Assembly (NCBI RefSeq): GCF_009914755.1
Contig: NC_060933.1
Length of the DNA: 64,000 bases
Direction: 5' to 3' (one strand)
DNA from: the human T2T-CHM13v2.0 reference genome, Homo sapiens
This document shows positions 53,451 to 64,000 of the stretch, piece after piece. How positions within the stretch are numbered: the stretch's first letter is position 1; every line of letters starts with the position of its first letter. The notes under the pieces are model-generated. The model made no database searches. It was not told the origin of the DNA and saw only the letters and a program-made list of their open reading frames with translations. Both the position numbers and the translations under genes were made by a program.

Positions 53451-56187
53451 TGTGTTTGTTTGTTTTAAATAATAAATGAGGCTTGGAATAAAAGGATTTA
53501 TTTTTAACTTGGTCCTAAGTTTCTTGCTTGAACTAAAAACTTTTTCTGAGTTTCAAGGACACTATTCTCCCCTCTTAATCTCTGCTGGCCCGTTTTCCTG
53601 GACTAGAAGCTGTACTATACTGCCAGTATCCATCATACCTTCAAAAAGAAAGTATTTAGCTATTTCACATGCCCCAAGAAATTCAAAAATGAGTAAGAGA
53701 TGGACCCTGTTTTCAAGGGACTGACAGTTGAGTAGGGAAATGAGTAGGTATGTTACACAGAATGATGTAGACAGGTGTTTGAGAAAGTATGCAGTGGTGG
53801 GCAGAATGCATTAATATGGCCTTGGAGGATTATAATAGCTATTTTGAAGACATCGGCACTTATCTTGAGTTTTTGTTTGTTTGTTTGTTTGCTTTTAAGT
53901 GTGATTTAACCCTGGAATAAGGATGGAATGAAGATGTCAGGAAGCGGGGTAAGATACCTAACACATATGAACTGACCTCAAGTCTTGCAAAACTAAGATT
54001 GATAATGAGAGGCGGCATGTAAATACCTAGGTTACAGCAAGAATAGACTAGGGTAAAAATGAGAAAGTACTTGATGGCAAAATAAATTCAAGAGTGGAAT
54101 TTGGTAACCCAGAAATTTTGACATTATTGTGGCTATAATTAAGTAGATCTTGGAGACCTTTAAATAGAAGAGATTTTTTTTTACTACCTTAATTCTAGGC
54201 CTATACTGAAAGCAAAGACAGAAATATAATGGCACTTTTAGTGTTTTAAGAAGCTCAAAGCACTTTCATGGGCATTATTAGATTGGATGCATCCGAACTT
54301 ACTTAGTTATATGTGGTCTTTACACTTTCCCTTTACAAATTTTCACCCTGCCATAATCATGAACTCATTCTCAAGAGAAACAAAAATGTCTTCAGGCAGA
54401 AAGTAAACACCTGAAAAATTGCATTCAGCTAAGGTGGATGAGAGCAGATATTTTCCACAAAATAGTGCAACTCTTCCTGCTGGGAACTCTTTGGCCATTA
54501 TTCCTTTGATTACAGAAATTTATTTCCTCAGTTAAAAAATGATTTTTTGACTCAGTAATTACTGACAATAAAGAAACTGAAAAAAGTAAAATTCACATTG
54601 CCAAACCTAATTTAGATAATCCTACTGAAGAAAATCTTCCAAATAGCAAGCATAAATGGAACCTTAAAAGGGCATTTATTATTTGGCTAACAGTACTTAA
54701 ATGTCTACTATGTGGCAATCATTGTGCTGAGCTGGGTATAGAACTGAACTGGGACTACAGATACAGTTGGCTTTCTGAATTTTCCACAAATGTGAGGTGA
54801 GAAGTTGGTATTATGTATGAGATGTACAGATAAAGTGTTAGTGAAGAGAGAAGCAGAGAGAGATGAGAAATATTTTGTCAAGAAGTGAGAAGTAATGGAG
54901 GCATATTTCATTACAGAGCAAAAAACTTAGTCAAATGCATGGGTGGGAACAAGCAAACTATGTTGAATAATTCACTTTGGTTAGGATGCAAGGTTCAAGA
55001 GATGAGTAGGAAGAAAAATGTTTTAGTTTTATAATGAAAATATACATATGCTACTGTGACATTCAGTGTTCTGTTGATTAAGCTTCAAAAGGCGGATTAT
55101 TTCCCTAACCTATTCCTGAAAGATTCAAGTCTTCAACTTTTTCCTTTGGTAAAAAAGCAATGCAAATGTTTACTTGCCTAATCAATGACTAGTAACATTG
55201 ATTTTTGTATCTTATAATGCAAATTCTTTGAAACGTATGTGGTTTATAAGTCTGCTTGTACTTTGCAGTGACAACAACCTCCATTATCTCTGGGGTTTTT
55301 GATTGAGGAAAGTCAAAGTCCCTAAAACTTGAATGTCTTGATTAATATTCAAGGCCATTTTCCATTGTGTTGAAGTGAAAACATCGTATAGGCATCTTGG
55401 TAGGATGTCTTTTATCAGTTTACCAGCATGTTCTGGCATTTTTCCTATTCATACCAACCACTATATAGTCATTGTCTTGGTGATTTACTAATTTCATACT
55501 TGCTTCTTTGTTTGCAATTAATCCATCAGTCTAGGTTTAAGTAATAACCCAATATCATTCTATATTTAAATCATAAATGTTTTTTTAGACCAATTCAGGG
55601 ATGGCAGGGTGACTGAAGATTAACTGAACCAATTAGATTTCCTCTCAGATGTTTAAAAATGTGTGACTCAAGGAGATTTCAGCATTTTTGAAGAAACTGA
55701 ACAGAGACACTGCAAGACAGCAAAACTTTTGAAGGAAGCAAAAGCCAAGGGTGACTTAAAGCCATCAACAGAGCTTGTATAGAACCTGCACCTCATCTGG
55801 TAATTAAGCTATTTTTTATTGCTCCTAAAAAGCTTTATTTAATTATTGTTTCCTTATTTTCACAAATATCCTTCCTATACAAATTTGAGGTAAAATAAAC
55901 GATGCCAAAAATTTAGCTAAAACAGTTAGGGTTTTTGTACCAGTGTAGGAGTTTTGAACATGGATCCTGGAGATAGGAAGATTTTGGCCCTACAGGTAAG
56001 GCATTAGAGCGGACTGGAATGAGATAACTGTGTCTCAGAAAGAGGAGCTAGCTTATATAAAACCTGAAGATGCCCTGTGTGGGATAGGAATTTGAGAGTG
56101 TGAGGCTGCAGGAGGAAATCACTGTGGTGGTTGACACTGGAGCTCAAAGGTCACAGACCAACAGAGGCAGAGTGTAGCTCATTCTAA

Positions 56188-56329
56188 TTTTTTTTTTTTT
56201 TTGTAATTTTAATTTTTGTAGAGACAGGGTATCACTATGTTACCCAAGCTGGTCTTGAACTCTTGACCTCAGATTACCTGTCTCGCCTCCCAAAGTGCTA
56301 AGATTACAGGTGTGAGCCACCACACCCAC
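56188..56329 (-). mobile_element. FLAM (free left Alu monomer)
   Basis: Poly-T, then gtagagacaggg...cctcccaaagtgctaagattacaggtgtgagccacc; single arm. Confidence 0.85.
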
Positions 56330-56787
56330 TAGAAAGAGCTCTCTCTTTGTAGCCAAAGAAATGTGATGGGGATCCTGGGAAGTGGGAGGAAAATGTGTCA
56401 AATGGAAAAAAAAATCTGAGAAGAGTAAGAGCAGGAGATGACTTAGGCCCTGAAAGAGGAGAGAGAGAATCTTCAGTTCTAAAAGTTTGTCCTCACTGCA
56501 CTTTTTATCCTGTCTTTGGATGACTGCAATTTCCCTACCCTTATTCCCATTGCCCCCATCCCCATTAACATGCACATACACTAAGCGCTTATGTTACTTT
56601 CAATGAATGACTGTTTATTCTAAGGACAACAACAAAACTTCAACAAACCTAAAAAGAATCCATATTTGCTCACTTAGGGTCACACATCATGCTAAAAAGT
56701 TTGGACATTACCCTAACATCAGGCTTCCAGGTCAGTGGTCTCTCTCTCTCTTTTTATTTGTCAACATTTTATTATGGAAATTTTTGA

Positions 56788-57109
<322 letters not shown>

Positions 57110-57840
57110 AATTTGAAAGAATTTTAAGTAAATATCCATATACTGACCACCTTGATTGTTCCATCAACATTTTATTGTACTTGCTTTATCACATAGCTGT
57201 CCATCATCCTTCTACCCATTCATTAATCTATCTTATTTTCTTTTTTTATGCACTTCGAAGTAAATTACAGCTATCCATGCATTTACTCCCCAATACTTAG
57301 CATGTATATTATTATCTAGAGTTCCATATTTGTTAACAATAAAAACAAATGTTTTTTATGTCTTATGTTATAAATTTATATGTAAAATTTACATACAATG
57401 AAATGTGCAAATTAATGTACCTTTGTATATAAACTCTCATGGAGATAAAATATTGTATTATCATGACCGCAGAGAGTTCACTCATGCTTCGCTTTTTATG
57501 TGTTTATTTTTATAAGGAAATGCTAGATATTTGCTTTACAGTGTGCCTGTACCATTTACATTTCCAAGAAAAATGTATGAGAGTACCACAACATCACCAA
57601 CATTTGGTGTTTCACCGTTTAATTTTAGCCATTCTTGTGGGTATGCAATAATATCTACTGTGCTTTTAATTTGCATTTCCTGATAACTAATAATGTTGAA
57701 AACTTTTTCATGTGACTTCTGGCCAATGTATGCCCTTCTTTGTGAGATAACTCTTTATAGAATTTGTCCATTTGTAATGGATTGCCTGTTTATTTTCCTA
57801 ATGATGTGTTGTTATGTGTAGAAGTTTTACATTTTGATGA

Positions 57841-58168
<328 letters not shown>

Positions 58169-60673
58169 CAATTTCCTCTTCATGGGTTTTTTGTTTTTTT
58201 TTGTGGCTTGTCTAAATCAAGAAAAAACAAAAAACATAAAAACACATTTGTTCACTTGAATGTTGTGAAGATCTGCTCCTATGCTTCCTTATAAAAGCTT
58301 TATGATATTTTAGCTCTTACATTTGTATTTATGATCCTTCATGAGTTAATTTTTGTGTATTGTGTAAAGTAGTTGAGCAAATTTTTTTTACATATAAATG
58401 CCTCATGATGCACCACTTCTTGAAAATATGCTTTTTGTCTACATTAGGTTGTTTGGTTGCCTTTATTGAAAATCAAATAATGGTATAATGAGACAACTGT
58501 CAATTTCTGAGTCTTTATTCTGTTCCATTGACCTACTTGCTGACCCTTATTTCAGTACTGCACTATCTTGATTATAGCATTATAGGAAGTTTTGAAGTCA
58601 GGTGGTATAAGCTTTCCAACTTTGTTATTTTCCAAGATTGTTTTTTGTATTCCAGGTCTTTTGCATTCCATACAATTTTTAAAATATGCTTCTCAATTTC
58701 CACAAAATGATTGCTGGAATTACGTGAGGAGAATTGACACTTTTAAAATATTGAGATTCCCATCCATGAACATATATCTCTCCACTTATTTAAGTGTTCT
58801 TAAATTCCCATCACCAATGTTGTTTAGGTTTCATTGTACAAGTCTTACACAACTCTTGTTAAAAATCGACCTGATTTTTTAAATGAAGTTATTGTAAATG
58901 TAATTGTTTTATTTTTATTTCCAGTTTTTGCTGCTATTATGTAAGATGCAATTGATATTTAAATTATTCTTTTATCTTCAAACCTTAATACATTTTTGGT
59001 TAATTCTAATGGCTAATTTTTAACCTTAGGATTGTCTATGTAAATAATTATGTCACTTGCCAGACTTTATTTAGTATGATATAGCACAATATTCTTGTGC
59101 CCTCAATAGAAATACAATACTGGCAAGAGAAGAAAGTAGAGAAGATATGGTAAGCGTTAGAACTCAGCATCACTGGGTAGAGATTCAAGTTTAACCTTTT
59201 TCTCTTTAATATAATTCTAGATTGGATAACAGTGGAGAAAAGATAAAGTGAAGATAAATTGAATTATACATTTCCTCTTTATCTGAAGAATCTGACTTCT
59301 TTTTCATATTTTATAATTTAATAAGGGAGAAACATAGCACCTTTCGAATGTTTCCTTTTTCTTTCATTTGTGAACTCCTGAAAGCCAGCCATGTTTCTCA
59401 TCTTCCTTTTTCAGAGTAGAATCTCTGACTATATAATCTGGAGTAAATAAATTTATTTACCAGTAAATTAATTTCTCCTTAATAAGACAGCAAGGAAAAG
59501 TAAACTATAAACATGAAAAATATAACCACCATCCACTGGGTGTTACAGAGTTTAAAAGTAAAGACATCAGAGGAGTTTAGTTGGCAAAGGTTAGTTGCCT
59601 GGTTATTCCAGACCTCATGGTGTGCTACCACATTGGCAGGTCCAAATCCATCCATGGAGAGACTCTTGATTTGCCTGTCTTAGACAATTTGTTGTTAAAA
59701 GTGTTTCTGAGTTTATCAGATACAGGAATGCTGGGTCACACTATCAAAACTCACGAGAGGCTGATGAAGAAAACCAGAATAACAATGTACTAATTTACAC
59801 TGAGAAATATAAATCGAAAGTAGATTGAGTTTTATGTCAGGTTGGGCGTTGGGCAGTACATGCTCTCCCTATGGACCAGATAAGTGGAAAGATAAATTAG
59901 CAGGAAGTATGCTTGATCAGCACAGGATTGAAACAAGGCAGATGAGTTTATATGATGCAAATACATAATTGCTTGAGTTTAATAGACCGTGATGTGGCCA
60001 TCTCCACAATAGGAATACTTCAGCAAATAGAACCAGACAGATGATATTTTTAGACTAGAGAATGTTCTTTCCTGGGCCGAACAAGCCTAATGATTGCTTC
60101 ATATTTCCATTACAGAACACTTTCAAACTATTTTTATACCTCTTTTCTGTGGTTAAATTATCTTCCATTAGATTACTGAACTGATTTGGGACAATTCTGT
60201 ATTTTTAAAGTTACTTGACATTTTCTTACTCATCCATCATGGGTTAATTTCATGGCTTATTTATCAGTGAATGATTTGATCAATCATATTTCAAAGTTTT
60301 TATTTGCTTTGGGATGTTCTGATTTGTGTTCACTTGTAAGCAAGTCATAGTTCTTTGAGTGTCCTATAAATTCTCATTGAATCTTCAGAATGGTCCTGAG
60401 AGGTCAATGTTATTAGTCATTTTCTTTTTACACAAACAAAAACTGAGAATCAGAGAATTTAAGTGATTTTTTTCCATTGTCACTTGACAAATATATATCT
60501 ACCCTGTGCCAGGCATGGTGGGAGCTGATAGGGTAGTGAAACTGCCTATCCATACTGTCTCACAAGTACATAGTGATCATTGAATTAAATGTAAACGTGT
60601 GAGACATTTTGCGAACTCCATCATGTCAGGCAAATGCTAGGGAGCTTTGTTCCATTTGAGGCTCATTTTACCT

Positions 60674-60717
60674 GATGAGTGAATGAATGAGTGAATGAGT
60701 GAATGAGTAAATGAATG
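60674..60717. repeat. (GAAT/GAGT)n simple repeat
   Basis: tgagtgaatgaatgagtgaatgagtgaatgag. Confidence 0.85.
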
Positions 60718-61319
60718 TGCACTATTTTCAACATTCTTCCTTTCTATAAATAAAGGAAAAGTTCAATAAGTATGTTGAAACTTTTTAAAGATTTCAAATG
60801 ACTGGAGACCCAATTGTTGCAACTTTTAATGAACTGCAGCAGTGTTTCTGGCATTGTGAAGAATACAGAGGAGGCATGACCCAGGCTAACAGACACACTA
60901 TCAAAGTGGGACAAAGGCCATCAAGATAACAGAAGGAGCAGGTGAATAACTTGTTTAAGAGGAAACAGCTGGAGCTGGTTTCTGAATGATAAACAGTGAG
61001 TTTTTCTTTGATTCAAGGAAGCCAAATCCTCAAAACTTAAACTTTGAGATGTGTTCTGAACATCTACAAGACCCCCAAACTGAGTTGGGAATCTCCTGCG
61101 GAGAGGTTTCCTTGGGTCATTTTCTTAACTCCTCTCTCCTGCATTGGTTCGACGATGTAAGAAAAATAGCCTTTGTCTGATATTTTCTTCTCTGATCCTA
61201 GCACAATGCTGGAAGGGCAAAGGTCTTGCAACATACGAAGAGAAAATAGAAGACAAACCAACTGGTAAGATGTTCCAATTTAAGGCAACATCAATAAGTT
61301 CAAGTTATTTAGTTTTTAA

Positions 61320-61530
61320 TACACATTATATAGTGCAATAAGCACCTAATACACTGTCTTGTTTAACATTAAGTCAACCATGGGTGGGTGGGATGACCAT
61401 AATCTACAGGTTATAGATGAGGACACTGAGGTCCAGGGAGGAACAGTGACTTTACCTACATCTACCAAGTGCTGAGCAGGGATTTAAACCTAATCATGGA
61501 AAGTTTCAAAAGTCCAAAGGCTTAACGATG
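61320..61530 (-). mobile_element. MIR SINE
   Basis: ttatagatgaggacactgaggtccagggaggaacagtgacttt...gagcagggatttaaacct. Confidence 0.75.
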
Positions 61531-63799
61531 CCCTACCCTGGTTCTTTCAGTTAAAAGCTAGCAGGCTGCATCTGCTACATTATCTTCTTTACTGGTTCTG
61601 ACCTCACTTAATTGTCCTCCCCGCCCTCGTTTTATTTTGTGTCTCCTAGAATACCTTTTTGACTGTAGGAGAGTGTTTAACATTTAGTGTTGTTTTAGGT
61701 GACAAGAAAAGTTTTCCGCACTAGGTTCTGTTCTTTTTGATGCCAGGAAAAATGTTTAAAGTTGTTCTTCCCCCTAATATTGCATAAATATTATTCAAAA
61801 ATAATCTTTAGTAAGCATTAATTGAATTCAATGAATTCATTGCATTCATTAAATTCATTGAATTGAGGCCATTTGAGTGCCTGAAGAAGACTGGGTAATA
61901 TTAAGCTAACATAAAAAGGCCGTAGATTATCCCTTTCATGAATACTGCTAGGATCATGAACCAATTAGAGATGTATGTTAATTCACAAGCAGGAAAAGCT
62001 TGTCAATCTTTAGTATGAACAAAGAGCAGGGATAATTTATTGAGCATCTACTATAGTCTCATTATTTTGCTATGTGCTGTGGGATGATATAGTTCTCCCT
62101 CTACAAGAATTTATAATCTTATGGAGGAGAGTAGGAAGCTCCAACTTTTGAGGGAAAGACTGTCTTTACATATTCAGGGCTATTAATGGTTCATCCTAGA
62201 CCAATGCTTATTGTAAGTTTGTTGAATAAAATTTTAAAAACAAAAACAAGCAAATAGAGTACGAGTCATAGACTGCACACCAGAAACAGCTAGATTGCAG
62301 GCCTTTAAAAGAGGCTTTATGAACTAGTCTTTGTTATGTTTCGAGAGACAGAAAACCCAACTCAAGCTTCTGGTTCTTATCTCTCTCCATATACCATCCG
62401 AATTTATCTACTTTACATCTTTAAATTGAGAGGGTTCCTGTCCTCTGTGTTAGAAGGTCTTAGTTTCCTAGAATAAGTTTCTGTTTCAGAAGACTGCCTT
62501 CCAAAAAATTAACATGCAAGAAATAAGACTATAAGAGAAAGTTAATCAACATAAAAATGTAGGTCCACAAAATGGGCTGATTAAATATTTAAAAGTCATT
62601 AATTCAGATTTTGTTAGAATTCAGTAAAATTTACTTTACTATGTCTATAAAGACCTGGTTAGATAAGAGAAATAATATAATAGTATTAGAAGGATATACA
62701 TTTTAAAATTTGTGAACAAGGTGTTTCTAATTAACATTTACTTGCAATAACCATAATGCCACCAGCAATTTACTCACATATTTTATTGAATCAGATTCCC
62801 TGAAAACCTCCACTAGCCAGCACTTTATTTTGTTATTTGATATACTACCTTGTTCCAAAAAAATTTTGAGGTGTCTAACATAATTTTTTTAGCCTCATTC
62901 AATGGAATACCGTATATTTGTAGACTTCATTACAAGGAACATCTGTATGTTTATCCCAACTAATTCCTACAACAAAGTTACCTGAAATAGAAGTTCATAG
63001 AACACATCTCAGAAGTGAAGAAAAGGAGGCTCAGACACTCTTGATGACTTGTCAAAGCTAATCATATAGATGGTAAATGGGAGATGCAGGGCAAGGTCCT
63101 GACTAGGATCACAGTCCAGAATTATCTCTATCGCACAAGTTGCCTGTCATAATTACTATACGTGCTTGAAAATAAAGCTCTGACTTCCAAAACAAAAATC
63201 ATATCTCTAATTCAGATGCTTCATGCATCAGAATAATTTTTCTTAAATTTAAAACACCTACTTTGGCTATGAGTGGCACTGAATCACTGAGACGGGGCAG
63301 GAAACGCCAGCTCAGTGTGCTGAGGAATGGGCATTAATGAAAGGTGAGGTCCAGATATAATGTTACAAACACCGCTCAAGTCAATGCACTCCTCTCCACT
63401 AGCCCTAACACTGCTCTTTGCATCTCTGAACGCGGCTACTCCAAGAGCCTAAAACCTGGACCCTCCATGATCAAGTGCTTCTCCACTGGATTTAACCCAT
63501 CATGTTTCCAATGGAGGTGTATTTTGTTTAGTACTATCTTGCACATATAGAGATTTAATAAAATTTCCTTCCCTTGCCTAGATACCTCCATACCTCTGCA
63601 CTCTAGTTGTATTATGTTTCTAGAACATAATAAAAATTTACTTGGAATGTAAAATCCTTGAAAGTTAACTCCTGCTTCCGTATTGTGTTGCTTTCTATTG
63701 CATGTGCTTCCTTAATGTGAACATTTAGTTATTGATAGAACATTTTACATATTTCTTCCTCATGCCATATTTGTTCATATTATGTTCCTTTGTACCTTG

Positions 63800-64000
63800 A
63801 ATGTGCTTTCCCGTTCTACCACTTGTCATGTGCAAAATTTTTTGCAGCCTTTAGGATGTGGTTTAAACCTCGTCTCCTCATAGAAACCATCCTCGACTCT
63901 TCAGATATCATCATAAACCCTACTCCCTGTGTTCACAGAACAGGAATGTACCCCCATCAATGATGCATCATTAACCATGTTTACTTCAATCTGTTTACAG
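63800..64000 (+). mobile_element. L2 fragment
   Basis: ccttgaatgtgctttccc...cagcctttaggatgtggtttaaacctcgtctcctcatagaaaccatcctcgac. Confidence 0.55.

Noticed and set aside
55649-55995. Further splice-site pairs (55649-55799, 55944-55995)
   Set aside because: Acceptors have short pyrimidine tracts; such pairs are expected by chance in 64 kb.
63280-63440. Slight CpG enrichment as a possible promoter
   Set aside because: Too few CpGs and too short for a CpG island; no clear core promoter.

Overview
Primate (human-like) nuclear DNA: AT-rich, CpG-depleted, with no CpG island and no supportable protein-coding gene, structural RNA gene or CRISPR array. It reads as a long intron or intergenic region dense in interspersed repeats: 12 Alu/FLAM/FRAM copies, old L1M fragments (mostly minus strand), one tiny L1PA 3' end, L2/MIR/L3, MaLR and ERV solo LTRs (including a three-level nest), hAT DNA-transposon relics and microsatellites. 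The supplied ORFs are repeat-derived or chance. I cannot name the locus. Repeat subfamily names come from my recall of consensus sequences and need RepeatMasker/Dfam confirmation, and boundaries of old repeats are approximate. I found no convincing novel biological system. The most unusual structures are locally templated duplications. A ~165-bp fold-back plus direct copy of 54054-54193 sits inside an L1 at 52887-53051. An 89-bp copy of 1618-1706 sits at 3612-3700. There are also perfected hairpins and tandem duplications. Also notable are a candidate non-coding exon bracketed by inverted AluYs, a strong G-quadruplex motif and an Alu lacking its target-site duplication (TSD).
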